From Burkholderiales bacterium (GTDB taxonomy: Bacteria > Pseudomonadota > Gammaproteobacteria > Burkholderiales > JAHFRG01), in the NCBI GenBank assembly GCA_035518095.1, contig DATIXX010000056.1, positions 16,063-80,062 on the forward strand: a stretch of 64,000 nt of DNA, read 5' to 3'. Below, piece by piece: positions 9,095 through 19,488 of the stretch; positions within the stretch are counted from its first letter, which is position 1; every line of letters starts with the position of its first letter. Under the pieces are notes generated by a model. The model was not told the origin of the DNA and did no database searches. It was given only the letters and a program-made list of their open reading frames with translations. The position numbers were made by a program, and so were the translations under genes.

Positions 9095-11344
9095 ATGAAC
9101 AAAGTTCTCAAAGAAATATTGCTCTCCATCGCCGCCCTCGTCGTTGTGCTGATAGGTGTTGCCGCCTATATCGCCCTAACTTTTGACCCCAATCAATACA
9201 AGCCGCAAATCGTGCAGCTGGTAAAAGACAAGACACAACGTACGCTGCAATTAGGCGACATCAAATTAAGTTTCTTCCCTAGCATTGGGGTCAAGCTGGG
9301 TGCCCTGTCTTTAAGCGAGTACAAGAGCGATAAGGAATCCATCGCAGTAGACACCGCACGCGTCTCGCTCAAGCTTCTTCCTCTTCTCAGCAGGCAGGTG
9401 GTGGTGGACGAAATCGCACTTCGAGGCGTGCGTGTGAACCTGATTCGCTTTAAGGATGGCGCGACAAATATGAGTGATCTACTGGGCGTGCCGGCGACCG
9501 GCGGTTCCCCAGGCGGACAAGCAGAACCCGGGAAACCCGAGCAGCTCAAGTTCGATATCGATCATGTCAGCGTGGAGAACACCACTGTTAACTACTTGGA
9601 CGAAAAGACCGGGGCAAAATACGCTTTACACGGTCTCACTCTAACGACCGGAAGAATCGCCAACGGTGTACCGTTTAATGTTGAACTGGGTTTCAACGTG
9701 CAGGGTAATCGGCCGGCATTTGACTTGTCCACCCAGATCAAGACGCGGCTGACATTTAATCTCGATAATCAGCAGTATTTGCTGCAGAGTCTGAATTTGG
9801 CGGTCAGGGGTAAGGCCGCGGGGATCAGTGATGTCGCAATTAATGCTTCCGGGAACGTCAACGCCAAGCTACAAAGCAAGGAATTTGCCGCCGACAATTT
9901 CAAACTAGAGGCGACCGGCGTGCAACAAGCGAAGAATCTGAATGTCCGACTCGAGGCGCCCCGCCTGCGCCTGCTGAATGAGAAATTTTCCGGCGATAAG
10001 GTTACGCTCGTCGCAAAAATGACCGGCACCGATTCCAATGTGGTCGCGAGCTTGGCTATTCCCGGACCGGAAGGCACGCCGCGGGCGTTCAAGACGGGTA
10101 CAGTTAATTTGCAATTGGATGCCAAACAGGGCGAGCGGACGATGAAGGCCAAGCTCACCACCCCTGTATCCGGCAATGTTCAGGCGCAGCAGTTCAACCT
10201 TCCCAACATTGCGGGCAGCTTCGTTCTTGTTGCGCCCGATCTGCCGGTCAAAAATTTAAGCGGTGGACTCAAAGGTTCTGCCGTAGCGGATCTGGAAAAA
10301 CAAAATGTCCAAGTCAATCTTTCCGGAAAAGTAGCGGACAGCGCCCTCAAGGCCAAGCTCGGTGTCGTGGGATTTTCCAAACCGGCGATCAGCTTTGACC
10401 TGGATATCGATAAGCTGGATGTGGATCGCTATATGCCGCCGAAACAGGCTACACAGCAGGCGGAAGCCAAGCCGGCCGAAACGAAACAGCAGGAAAAACC
10501 GCTCGATTTCTCCGCGCTGAGAAAATTTAACGCCAATGGCAGCCTGCGAATAGGCGACTTAAAGGTAGCCAACGTCAAGGCAGAAAAAGTCCGGGCAGAT
10601 CTCAAAGCCGTTGACGGCAAGCTTGAAATTAATCCGCTCTCCGCCAATCTCTACCAGGGATCGGCTGACGGCAACGTTGGAATTAACGCGCGGACTACGC
10701 CCGCGGTATTAGTCCGGCAAAATCTCAAAGGCATTAACGTGGGCCGGTTACTCAAGGATGCAACCGGTTATGACATGCTCGAAGGCAAGGGAAGCGCGTC
10801 GCTTGATGTCAGCACCCGGGGCGACACGGTGGAGGCCATGAAAAGGGCACTGGACGGCAAGGCGGCGCTCAATCTCACTGACGGTGCTGTGAAAGGCATC
10901 AACATCGGCGAGACGATACGCGTCTTCAAGGCCAAACTGGGCGTGCTCAAGGGTCAGCAAACGCAGGTTGCGGACAAAACACAAAAGACTGATTTCACCG
11001 AGCTGAAAGCAAGCTTTATTATCAAGCGGGGCGTGGCGCATAATGACGACTTGTTAATGAAATCCCCACTATTGCGTCTGACGGGAGCCGGCGATATCAA
11101 TATCGGCACAGACAGCCTAAACTACTTGGCCAAGGTGTCCGTGGTGGCGAGCGGCAAAGGTCAGGGCGGGGCGGAACTCGCTTCACTCAAGGGGGTGACC
11201 ATTCCGGTGCGTATTTCAGGGCCGTTGAAATCCCCGCAATACAGTCTTGATTTTGCCGGAGCGGTTACTGCAGTTGTGAAACGGAAAGCCGAGCAGGCGG
11301 TTAAGAAAAATCTTGAGAACGAACTTAAGGGTCTTTTTAAATAA
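9095..11344 (+). CDS. asmA: AsmA family outer-membrane biogenesis protein
   Basis: 749 aa. N-terminal TM anchor followed by an FDPNQYKPQI...L.LGDIKLSFFPSIG motif, a long beta-rich body and an AsmA-like C-terminus (LRLTGAGDINIGTDSLNY). Confidence 0.85.
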   Translation: MNKVLKEILLSIAALVVVLIGVAAYIALTFDPNQYKPQIVQLVKDKTQRTLQLGDIKLSFFPSIGVKLGALSLSEYKSDKESIAVDTARVSLKLLPLLSRQVVVDEIALRGVRVNLIRFKDGATNMSDLLGVPATGGSPGGQAEPGKPEQLKFDIDHVSVENTTVNYLDEKTGAKYALHGLTLTTGRIANGVPFNVELGFNVQGNRPAFDLSTQIKTRLTFNLDNQQYLLQSLNLAVRGKAAGISDVAINASGNVNAKLQSKEFAADNFKLEATGVQQAKNLNVRLEAPRLRLLNEKFSGDKVTLVAKMTGTDSNVVASLAIPGPEGTPRAFKTGTVNLQLDAKQGERTMKAKLTTPVSGNVQAQQFNLPNIAGSFVLVAPDLPVKNLSGGLKGSAVADLEKQNVQVNLSGKVADSALKAKLGVVGFSKPAISFDLDIDKLDVDRYMPPKQATQQAEAKPAETKQQEKPLDFSALRKFNANGSLRIGDLKVANVKAEKVRADLKAVDGKLEINPLSANLYQGSADGNVGINARTTPAVLVRQNLKGINVGRLLKDATGYDMLEGKGSASLDVSTRGDTVEAMKRALDGKAALNLTDGAVKGINIGETIRVFKAKLGVLKGQQTQVADKTQKTDFTELKASFIIKRGVAHNDDLLMKSPLLRLTGAGDINIGTDSLNYLAKVSVVASGKGQGGAELASLKGVTIPVRISGPLKSPQYSLDFAGAVTAVVKRKAEQAVKKNLENELKGLFK

Positions 11345-11503
11345 CAAGCGCCTGGAAGCCAAGATGACGCCGCCCCATAGAGCCGCATCTCATTAACTGG
11401 ATCCCAGGATCTGATGGTTTCAAATCGCTACAAGCGCGGAAATCGTGTTCATTTGATGTTATCGTGTTCCTTATCATCAGTTCTGCTGCAATTGATTTAA
11501 TCG

Positions 11504-12547
11504 GTGTCTAACTTCGCGCTTCGCATAATTACCTGGCAAAAACGCCACGGCCGCCATAATTTGCCCTGGCAAGACACCCGCGATCCCTATCGCATATGGC
11601 TTTCCGAAATCATGTTGCAACAGACCCAGGTCGCAACCGTCAGTTCATACTACTTGCGATTTGTTGCCCGTTTCCCCGACATAAAATGCTTGGCGCGCGC
11701 TCGTCTCGACGACGTTCTCGCTGTGTGGAGCGGTTTGGGCTATTACGCCCGCGCCGTAAACTTGCACCGCGCCGCGCGCATCATCATGGAAAAACACCAC
11801 GGCCGCTTCCCGCGCAATTACGACAGTATTTTGGAGCTGCCCGGTGTCGGCCGCTCTACCGCTGCAGCGATCGGCGTTTTCGCCTATAAGCAAAGGCGTG
11901 CCATACTTGATGGCAACGTGAAAAGAGTCCTGGCACGTTGCTTCGGCGTCGTCGGTTACCCGGGCGAAAATAGCGTGCAAGAGAGACTGTGGCGCAAGAC
12001 TGAAGCGCTACTCCCGACCAAAGCTATCCGGACTTACACACAGGGGTTGATGGATTTGGGCGCCGGCGTTTGCTTGAGACGCAATCCGCGGTGTCACGCG
12101 TGCCCGTTGAACTGCGACTGCGTCGCATTTAAAGCCAACAAGACAAACGCATTGCCAACGCCCAAACCCGCGACGGCGCTGCCGCGCAGGCAAACGGTGA
12201 TGCTGATCATGTTGCATAACGGCGAGGTGTTGCTGCAAAAACGGCCGCCCGCGGGAGTCTGGGCAAGCATGTGGAGCTTTCCGGAAATTGCGGCCGAAGA
12301 GGAAGTTCGCGCCGCCTGCGTGGCGCGATTCGCGGCGCGTGTGAAACGCCAGAAGTGGTTGCCGGTGCTTAAGCACGGCTTCAGCCATTTTGAGCTTGAT
12401 ATCCGGCCGGTGCTGCTGCAGGTCGACGGCGTGAGAGTGCAAGCGGCGGAACCGGGACAGCTGTGGCTCAGTCTCGAAGACGCCCAGCGCGCAGCGGTTC
12501 CGGCGCCGGTGCGGAAACTTTTGTTGCAAGCCGCCGCGCATGCTTAA
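11504..12547 (+). CDS. mutY: A/G-specific adenine DNA glycosylase
   Basis: GTG start. LPWQ..RDPYRIWLSEIMLQQTQV HhH-GPD motif, Fe-S Cys cluster (C..C..C..C near CLRRNPRCHACPLNCDC) and a NUDIX-like C-terminal domain. Confidence 0.93.
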   Translation: MSNFALRIITWQKRHGRHNLPWQDTRDPYRIWLSEIMLQQTQVATVSSYYLRFVARFPDIKCLARARLDDVLAVWSGLGYYARAVNLHRAARIIMEKHHGRFPRNYDSILELPGVGRSTAAAIGVFAYKQRRAILDGNVKRVLARCFGVVGYPGENSVQERLWRKTEALLPTKAIRTYTQGLMDLGAGVCLRRNPRCHACPLNCDCVAFKANKTNALPTPKPATALPRRQTVMLIMLHNGEVLLQKRPPAGVWASMWSFPEIAAEEEVRAACVARFAARVKRQKWLPVLKHGFSHFELDIRPVLLQVDGVRVQAAEPGQLWLSLEDAQRAAVPAPVRKLLLQAAAHA

Positions 12548-12589
12548 GGAGCAACAAAGCGTCAAGAGAATGAAACGCCCAGGAAGACG

Positions 12590-13183
12590 CTAATCCAGCA
12601 ATCCTTGCTGCGCCAGGAACCCGCGGATGAACCGCATGCGGGTAATCGGGTCATCGATTTCGAGAATTTCTTGTTTTTCGCTGAGTTTAAGCGGCAGCAG
12701 TTCGGCGAGCCGGTAGCCCACCCAGGACGGTTCATCCAGTTTAAGTGGCAATCGGAAATGCCCGGTACCCATTTTTTCGATAACACGCTTTAGCACGTTT
12801 GCGCACTCGCGCAGTTCGGGGAAAAGGGGTATTTGTTTATCCCTGGGAAGCATCTGTACGTCGGCACTGATAAGGCAGCTTTTTACGACCTGCCAGTTGA
12901 TGATGCGGAAACGCTGCACGCCTTCCGTCCTGACGCGCAGCACGCCGAGCTGCTCCATATCCCATTCGATAATAGACGCAGTGCAGCCGGTGGCCTCAGG
13001 TACAGCCGGCGCGCCGACTTCGTTTCCTTCCTTGATCAAGCATACTCCGAAAGGCCGATTGTCCCGCAAACAGATGGCCGTCATGTCGAGATAGCGCTGC
13101 TCGAATATTTTGAGCGGGAGTACTCCGCCCGGGAATAGCACCGTACCTAGCGGAAAAATCGACAAGGTTTCCCGCGTCACCAT
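12590..13183 (-). CDS. LON N-terminal (substrate-binding) domain protein
   Basis: 197 aa. IFPLGTVLFPGGVLPLKIFEQRYLDM matches the Lon N-domain signature. Confidence 0.8.
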   Translation of the reverse strand: MVTRETLSIFPLGTVLFPGGVLPLKIFEQRYLDMTAICLRDNRPFGVCLIKEGNEVGAPAVPEATGCTASIIEWDMEQLGVLRVRTEGVQRFRIINWQVVKSCLISADVQMLPRDKQIPLFPELRECANVLKRVIEKMGTGHFRLPLKLDEPSWVGYRLAELLPLKLSEKQEILEIDDPITRMRFIRGFLAQQGLLD

Positions 13184-13196
13184 ACAAACGGTGCTG

Positions 13197-13820
13197 TCAG
13201 TCGCCGGCGCCCCACCGCGGCACTAAATTCTGGGCGATGCCGAGGTGATCCAGTATTCTCGCAACCACGAAGTCAACAAGGTCTTGAACGCCTGCCGGAC
13301 GGTGGTAAAAGCCGGGATTCGCGGGCAGAATTACGGCCCCGCTGCGCGCGAGCTTCAACATGTTCTCGAGATGCACGCCGGAAAGAGGGGTCTCGCGCGG
13401 CACCAATATCAGCGTATGGCGTTCTTTAAGCATGACGTCCGCCGCACGTTGTATCAGGTTTTCGCTCAGACCCGCGGCGACCGCTGCGAGCGTCCCCATG
13501 CTGCACGGGCAGATTACCATGGCGGTACCGGGATTGGAGCCGGATGCGATCGGCGCAAACCACTCCTCGCGCCCCAACACCTGCAGCTGTCCGGGGCTGG
13601 CGCGATACTTATCGCGCAAGAAAGTCTCGGCCTCTTTGGATTTGGAGGGCAATGCCAGGCTCATCTCCTGCTGTGCCACGATTTGTGCCGCCTGAGAGTA
13701 CAGCAGGTAAATATTCGCGCCGCTTTGTAGCAGGCACTCCAGAAGGCGCAATCCATACGGCATGCCGGAAGCGCCGGTGAACGCCAGAGTAACGGTTTTA
13801 GCAGGATTCATTACAGCCAT
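13197..13820 (-). CDS. ubiX: Flavin prenyltransferase UbiX
   Basis: TLAFTGASGMPYGLRLLE and PCSMGTLAAVA motifs. The start is set at the internal ATG (MAVMNPAK). The track ORF extends to 13862. Confidence 0.9.
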   Translation of the reverse strand: MAVMNPAKTVTLAFTGASGMPYGLRLLECLLQSGANIYLLYSQAAQIVAQQEMSLALPSKSKEAETFLRDKYRASPGQLQVLGREEWFAPIASGSNPGTAMVICPCSMGTLAAVAAGLSENLIQRAADVMLKERHTLILVPRETPLSGVHLENMLKLARSGAVILPANPGFYHRPAGVQDLVDFVVARILDHLGIAQNLVPRWGAGD

Positions 13821-13907
13821 GGCGGAGCGTTCACTCCCGTATTGTAGAACAGCGTGGGGCACCGTTAAAAACTGCCACGCGAATCAGGAAGGTATATTCC
13901 CTAATTG

Positions 13908-14741
13908 TCAGAGCTCCCGGTGCCTGACCAGCACTTGATTTTTCGGGCGGAAATGCTCGGCAAGCGTTTCCGCGAAATACACTGAACGATGGCGCCCACC
14001 GGTACAACCGAAGGCAATGGTTAGGTGATCGCGGTTGTCGCGCGCGTAGCACGGCAGCCAGTTTTCTATGAACAGCCTGATGTCGGCGAGCAGGCCGCGC
14101 ACATCTTTGTTGTTCTGCAAATACTCGATTACCGCCGCGTCATTGCCTGTCAGCTCGCGCAACGCGGGGTCGTAATGCGGATTGGGCAGACAGCGCACAT
14201 CAAACACCATATCCGCATCCAGCGGGATCCCGTTTTTGAAGCCGAACGACTGGAACAGCAATGTCAAGCTCGAACGATTTATATTGATCAAATCCTTGAT
14301 CCAACCGCGCAACGCGTTGGGGTTGAGATCGCTGGTGTCAATGTGTTGTGCCAAATCCCCGATGTCGGCGAGCTTTTCGCGCTCCAGTTGGATTGATTCC
14401 GAAAGCGTGTGCGTATCGTCGTTTAACGGATGGCGCCGGCGAGTTTCGGAAAATCGCTTCATCAAAGTTTCGTTTTTCGCTTCGAGAAATAACAAGCGCA
14501 CGTCAATGCCTTGACGTTTCAGCTCCGCGACATGCCGGGGTAGCTGATTAAGGGTTGCGCCGCTACGGACGTCGATGCTTGCAGCAACCCTCGAGTAGCC
14601 TGCTTCCTGCAGGAAATGCGTGACATCGGGTAACAGCTTCGCCGGGAGATTGTCGACGCAGTAAAATCCGCTATCTTCGAGAACGTTGAGGGCGATGCTT
14701 TTTCCTGAACCGGAGAGGCCGCTGATCAGAATAAGCTGCAT
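13908..14741 (-). CDS. rapZ: RNase adapter protein RapZ (YhbJ)
   Basis: Walker [11 protein letters not shown] and C-terminal [10 protein letters not shown] motif. Conserved position after hprK. Confidence 0.93.
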   Translation of the reverse strand: MQLILISGLSGSGKSIALNVLEDSGFYCVDNLPAKLLPDVTHFLQEAGYSRVAASIDVRSGATLNQLPRHVAELKRQGIDVRLLFLEAKNETLMKRFSETRRRHPLNDDTHTLSESIQLEREKLADIGDLAQHIDTSDLNPNALRGWIKDLININRSSLTLLFQSFGFKNGIPLDADMVFDVRCLPNPHYDPALRELTGNDAAVIEYLQNNKDVRGLLADIRLFIENWLPCYARDNRDHLTIAFGCTGGRHRSVYFAETLAEHFRPKNQVLVRHREL

Positions 14742-14778
14742 ATTGTCTGGCGACCGGGCGTCGAGATCAAAACCCCAA

Positions 14779-15726
14779 TCATTGCTTGCCGTCCGGCGGC
14801 TTGTCCATCATTTGTTCGTGGCGCTGGATGAATTCCTTGGTGCTGTCTATACCCCGCAGCTGCAAGATATAGTTACGTACCGCGGCTTCTACCAGCACCG
14901 CCAGGTTACGGCCTTCCGCCACAGGAATGGTCACCTTGCGAATTTTTACGCCCAGCACGTTCTCGGAACTGGCACCGAGCGGCAACCGTTCCAGTCCAGG
15001 AATATGGGATCCCTTTGGTCGTTCTAGATGTGTGATAAGTTTCAGGTTCATTTTCGGACGCACCGCGGTTTCACCGAAAATGGTCCGGATGTTCAACACG
15101 CCAAGCCCGCGCACTTCAAGATAATCTTTAAGGAGTGGCGGGCAACGGCCTTCAAGCGTTTCCGGTGCTATGTGGTAAAGCTCCACGCTGTCATCCGCAA
15201 CCAAGCCGTGCCCGCGGCTGATGAGTTCCAGCGCGAGCTCGCTTTTTCCAACGCCGCTTTCTCCGGTCAGCAACACGCCCATACCCAACACGTCGAGAAA
15301 CACGCCGTGGAGATTGGTAGATTCCGCCAGTTCTTTGGAGAGATATACCCGCAGAACGTTCATCAATTGCAGGCTGGACTGGGCGGAACGAATGAGTGGT
15401 ATTCGTTTCTCTTCAGCAAGCGCTTGCACGGTGGGCGGCACTGCGGCATTGCCGGCGATAATGAAGCAAAACGGCGGGTTGGCGGACAGGCTTTCTAAAG
15501 CTCGGTCCAAGGAAGGCGGATCAAGCTTGCTCAGATATTGGAGTTCAGCACTGTCCAGTACCTGCACCCAGTTGGGATGGATGAAATTGAGATGGCCGAC
15601 CACTCCTTTGGACGAGCGGCTAATGTCGTCGCTGCTCAGGCTCCGGTTTTTATCCCCGGCGATCCAGGAAAGCAGCAACCTGTCGCAGTTATCCTGAAAC
15701 AGCTGAGCCGCGCTCACTTGGGGCAT
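14779..15726 (-). CDS. hprK: HPr kinase/phosphorylase
   Basis: 315 aa. Walker [10 protein letters not shown] followed by [12 protein letters not shown]. Overlaps the ptsN 3' end by 38 nt. Confidence 0.92.
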   Translation of the reverse strand: MPQVSAAQLFQDNCDRLLLSWIAGDKNRSLSSDDISRSSKGVVGHLNFIHPNWVQVLDSAELQYLSKLDPPSLDRALESLSANPPFCFIIAGNAAVPPTVQALAEEKRIPLIRSAQSSLQLMNVLRVYLSKELAESTNLHGVFLDVLGMGVLLTGESGVGKSELALELISRGHGLVADDSVELYHIAPETLEGRCPPLLKDYLEVRGLGVLNIRTIFGETAVRPKMNLKLITHLERPKGSHIPGLERLPLGASSENVLGVKIRKVTIPVAEGRNLAVLVEAAVRNYILQLRGIDSTKEFIQRHEQMMDKPPDGKQ

Positions 15727-16180
15727 GGGTTTGCCATTCGCTCAAAAGCTGATAGGCCTGCGAGGCATCTTGGCATGCGAGCAAGGCTTCGCGCAGATTC
15801 CTGTCACAGAAAATTTGAGACAACTCGCTCAAGATTTGTAGGTGCAGTTCCGAGGCGCGTTCCGGCACCAGCAGTACAAAAATCAGGTTAACCGGAATGG
15901 CGTCCGGGGCATCGAATGGTATTGAGGTTTTCATTCTAATCAGCGCGCCGACCGCTTCTTTGAGCGATTTGATTCTGCCGTGGGGAATGGCAACGCCTTG
16001 TCCCAAACCGGTCGAACCTAGTTTCTCGCGCGCAAACAAGCTGTCGAACACTTGTCCTCGCGCAATTCCCTGATTGTTTTCGAACAGCAGTCCCGCTTGT
16101 TCGAATACGCGCTTTTTACTTCCCGCGTCCAGGTCGAGAATGACATTCGAGGGTGGGAGCACTTTCCCTATCAAATTCAT
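15689..16180 (-). CDS. ptsN: PTS-Ntr enzyme IIA (PtsN)
   Basis: 163 aa from the ATG at 16180 (MNLIGKVL...). GLGQGVAIPHGR active-site motif. The longer track ORF (to 16432) runs into hpf remnant sequence. Confidence 0.9.
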   Translation of the reverse strand: MNLIGKVLPPSNVILDLDAGSKKRVFEQAGLLFENNQGIARGQVFDSLFAREKLGSTGLGQGVAIPHGRIKSLKEAVGALIRMKTSIPFDAPDAIPVNLIFVLLVPERASELHLQILSELSQIFCDRNLREALLACQDASQAYQLLSEWQTHAPSERGSAVSG

Positions 16181-16241
16181 GCTTTGCGCTTTCGCAGTTT
16201 CGTAAATTGGCCGGCCATGCGGCGCAGAAACAGTGCGTGCG

Positions 16242-16565
16242 TCAAGTTCCAAACAACCACGGGTGCTCGTCAGCACCATCGCAGCAGTTGACGGAACCTT
16301 CTTTGTCGTGTTTAAGTATTTGCCGGTGGAATTCGCCCGCCGGCGTTTTAATCGCCAAGTACACGTCGCACTCGTAACACTACGTGATCCTTGCTGCCCG
16401 GGTACACGTTGCGCTCCCCGTTCCGCTTCCATATTTGCACATACAGAATTCCGCCCAAGTCAATCACGTGTTCAAAAAAGGAAGGGAGCCGGCTAACGTG
16501 CACCCGATGCCGTCGCAGATTGCTGGGGCGACCTGTAAGCTATCGCCACCGAGATGCAGATTCAT
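16242..16565 (-). pseudogene. hpf: Ribosome hibernation promoting factor (hpf/yhbH), disrupted by two compensating frameshifts
   Basis: Sits in the expected rpoN-hpf-ptsN slot. The ATG frame reads MNLHLGGDSLQVAPAI.D.I...L, then hits TGA at 16464-16466 and TAG at 16380-16382. A shifted frame reads FFEHVIDLGGILYV...GSKDHVV. The original frame then resumes with DVYLAI....RQILKHDKE, an HPF C-terminal helix pattern. Confidence 0.7.
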
Positions 16566-16587
16566 CGTATCTTATTATAGGAATTAA

Positions 16588-18033
16588 TCAAAGAGATTTA
16601 CGCATGCTGACGGGGGGTATTTGCAAAGCCTCGCGATACTTGGCGATAGTACGGCGTGCGACAACGATTCCCTGCTGCCCGAGTATTTCGGAAATCTGGC
16701 TGTCGGAAAGCGGTTTTTTCGGATTTTCTGCAGCTACCAGCTGCTTGATTAGCGCACGGATCGCGGTTGCGGAACACGCGCCCCCTGTTTCAGTTGTGAC
16801 GTGACTTCCAAAGAAATATTTCAGCTCGTAAGTGCCGCGTGGCGTGAGCATATATTTTTGCGTGGTGACCCGGGATACGGTTGACTCATGCAAATCCAAT
16901 GCTTCGGCGATCTCGCGTAGTACTAGAGGGCGCATCGCAACTTCGCCGTGCTCGAAGAAATGGCGCTGGCGGTCAACGATTGCCTGCGATACTCGCAATA
17001 TAGTGTCGAAGCGCTGTTGCACGTTTTTGATCAACCACTTCGCTTCCTGGAGTTGACTGGTGAGCTTCTGGTAACTTGCGTCGCGATTGCGGTGCAGGAT
17101 ATCCGCGTACATTCGGTTTACCCGCAACTTTGGCATGGCCTCAACGTTCAGACTCGCCACCCATACGTTTTTGGTTTTCTTGACCAGGACATCCGGTACG
17201 ATATAACGGGTCTCTAACGCGGCGAAATCGGCGCCCGGGCGGGGATTGAGACTGGTGATAAGGTGTTGCGCCTGCCGCAAAGCGATATCGTCGCAATGCA
17301 GTATTTTTTTCAGTTTGCCGAAATCGCGCGCAGCAAGCACATCCAGATGTTGGGTAACGATTATGAGGGCTTCTGTCCGGAACGGAGTATCTGCAGGCAG
17401 AGCTTCCAGTTGCAGCGCGAGGCATTCACCGAGGTTACGCGCACCCACACCCGTGGGTTCGAGTTTTTGCAGCTGCTGCAACGCGGTCTGAAGTTCTTCC
17501 GGGCTTACGCTCAGTTCTTCGGGCAGCATCGAAACGAGTTCTTCAAGCGGTTGCGTCAGGAAGCCGTCCTCGTCGAGCGCATCGATCAAAAGCGACACTA
17601 ATTTCTTCTCGCGGTTGGCAAGTTTGGTGAGATTGAGTTGCCAATTGAGATGTTCGCGCAAGGTGGGCGCAACTGCCGCGATCTGCGGGTATTCACTTTC
17701 CTCCGTCTCGTCACGCGAGCTGTAGGAACCGGCATCTTCAAGCCAAGGTCCGTCCGCCATGTCGACGTCGGGTTCCCTTTCGGAAGCGGCGTCTCCGGGC
17801 GGCTCGCCTGCAGTCGCTCCGTCATGCGAAACGGCATTGGCACCGCCTGGCAACGACGGTGCTGTTTCGTCATTGACCTCGTCATCGCGCTCGAGCAGGG
17901 GATTTTCCTGGAGAAAACGTTCCAGCTCCTGGTTGAGTTCCAACGTCGAGAGTTGCAGAAGACGTATGGACTGTTGCAGTTGCGGCGTGAGCGTCAGATG
18001 CTGCGACAGCTTGAGCTGTAGGGTATGCTTCAT
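16588..18033 (-). CDS. rpoN: RNA polymerase sigma-54 factor
   Basis: 481 aa. Gln/Leu-rich region I (LKLSQHLTLTPQLQQSIRLLQLS) and a C-terminal RpoN box ARRTIAKYRE. Confidence 0.97.
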   Translation of the reverse strand: MKHTLQLKLSQHLTLTPQLQQSIRLLQLSTLELNQELERFLQENPLLERDDEVNDETAPSLPGGANAVSHDGATAGEPPGDAASEREPDVDMADGPWLEDAGSYSSRDETEESEYPQIAAVAPTLREHLNWQLNLTKLANREKKLVSLLIDALDEDGFLTQPLEELVSMLPEELSVSPEELQTALQQLQKLEPTGVGARNLGECLALQLEALPADTPFRTEALIIVTQHLDVLAARDFGKLKKILHCDDIALRQAQHLITSLNPRPGADFAALETRYIVPDVLVKKTKNVWVASLNVEAMPKLRVNRMYADILHRNRDASYQKLTSQLQEAKWLIKNVQQRFDTILRVSQAIVDRQRHFFEHGEVAMRPLVLREIAEALDLHESTVSRVTTQKYMLTPRGTYELKYFFGSHVTTETGGACSATAIRALIKQLVAAENPKKPLSDSQISEILGQQGIVVARRTIAKYREALQIPPVSMRKSL

Positions 18034-18105
18034 TCTCTCGGGGTTTCGGGATTTTTATTGCGGATAACAGCTCTTTAAAGCCGCCACCATAGCGCAATCG
18101 TTTGT

Positions 18106-18834
18106 TTACAGCCTGAAATGTTCGCCCAAGTACACTTTTCTCACGCTCTCATTATAAACGATTTCATCAGGTTTGCCGTAAGCGAGTACTGAGCCTTCGT
18201 TGATAATGTAGGCGCGGTCGCAGATTCCTAGCGTCTCTCGAACATTATGGTCCGTGATCAGCACGCCGATTCCTTTTTCTTTGAGAAAGCTAATAATTAT
18301 CTGAATATCGAGCACTGCGATGGGATCGATTCCCGCAAAAGGCTCGTCGAGTAGGATAAAACGCGGTTGCGAGGCTAACGCGCGGGCAATTTCCACACGC
18401 CGTCGCTCGCCGCCCGAAAGGGAGAGCGCCGGATTATTGCGAAGATGGCCGATGTGCAGGTCGTGCAGCAGATCGTCTAGGCGGTTCTCGATTTCGTCAG
18501 GCTGGAAATTCTGCAGTTCCAGGACCGCCTGTACATTTTCGGCGACGGTCATCCTGCGGAAGATCGAAGCTTCTTGCGGCAAATAGCTTAAACCCAATCG
18601 AGCGCGACGATGGATCGGCATGTGACTTAAATTGAGTTCGTCCAGCGTGATGCGGCCACCGTCGAGCGGAACGAGACCGACCATCATGTAAAAGCACGTA
18701 GTCTTCCCCGCGCCGTTGGGACCTAGCAAACCGATGACCTCGCCGTTGCGAACCTCGAGTGAAACGTCGCGTACCACGGCGCGGGATCTATAGCTTTTTT
18801 TAAGCCCTTGTGCCTTAAGTTCACTCATATCCAT
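18106..18834 (-). CDS. lptB: LPS export ABC transporter ATP-binding protein
   Basis: 242 aa. Walker [10 protein letters not shown] and signature [13 protein letters not shown]. Conserved lptC-lptA-lptB order. Confidence 0.95.
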   Translation of the reverse strand: MDMSELKAQGLKKSYRSRAVVRDVSLEVRNGEVIGLLGPNGAGKTTCFYMMVGLVPLDGGRITLDELNLSHMPIHRRARLGLSYLPQEASIFRRMTVAENVQAVLELQNFQPDEIENRLDDLLHDLHIGHLRNNPALSLSGGERRRVEIARALASQPRFILLDEPFAGIDPIAVLDIQIIISFLKEKGIGVLITDHNVRETLGICDRAYIINEGSVLAYGKPDEIVYNESVRKVYLGEHFRL

Positions 18835-18882
18835 TCGCTAATAGCCCTTGGAACGCCGGTTCGCGTTCGCTTCTTTTAACTT

Positions 18883-19488
18883 TTACTCCTTGGGCGGATA
18901 GGAAAGATTGGAAGACGGTTTCAGCGTCTGCGGGAAGGCCGGGGCGGCCGGATTAGGCTCTTTTTCCCTGGGCTGTATTACGGCGTGCACCCGGCCGGCG
19001 TCGGCAGGCTGCGTGCCGCTCAATGCCTGGTAAAATTCCGTGACCGCATTGTATGAAATATAATTACCGCGTAGTTCATCCTGACCGCGTTTAATGTAGG
19101 CGTGGTCGAATAGTTCCAGATTCTCCGTTTTGCCGTCGTACTCGATGCGTTGCGCCTCGCCTTCGATATACTCGTCACGGCCCTCCATTTTTTGACGGAA
19201 CGTCGCCGGATTGCCATAGGCAGTGCCCGAATTGAAGCCGTTGGCGTCCTGGCGCAAGATCATTTTGTTCGCGTGCACGACAATCGTGCCTTGTGTCACG
19301 ACCACGTTGCCTTCAAACACGCTTACCTTTTTAATGTCGTCCACATTGACTTTATCCGCTTCCACATTAACCGGTTTATCACGGTCCGCCCGCTCGGCCA
19401 GCGCGGGCGAGCAAATAAATAACGCGCAAAGACCCGCGAGCATGAGAATGCCCGCATTACCTGGGGTTGTCATAATGACCTTTGACAT
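18883..19488 (-). CDS. lptA: LPS transport periplasmic protein LptA (OstA-like)
   Basis: Signal peptide followed by an ADRDKPVNVEADK...FEGNVVVTQGT OstA N-domain pattern. Confidence 0.88.
   Translation of the reverse strand: MSKVIMTTPGNAGILMLAGLCALFICSPALAERADRDKPVNVEADKVNVDDIKKVSVFEGNVVVTQGTIVVHANKMILRQDANGFNSGTAYGNPATFRQKMEGRDEYIEGEAQRIEYDGKTENLELFDHAYIKRGQDELRGNYISYNAVTEFYQALSGTQPADAGRVHAVIQPREKEPNPAAPAFPQTLKPSSNLSYPPKE

Noticed and set aside
16181-16432. An 84-codon N-terminal extension of the ptsN ORF (track ORF 15689..16432).
   Set aside because: PtsN homology starts at MNLIGKVL (ATG at 16180). The upstream part is out-of-frame read-through of the hpf remnant and has no PtsN-like sequence.
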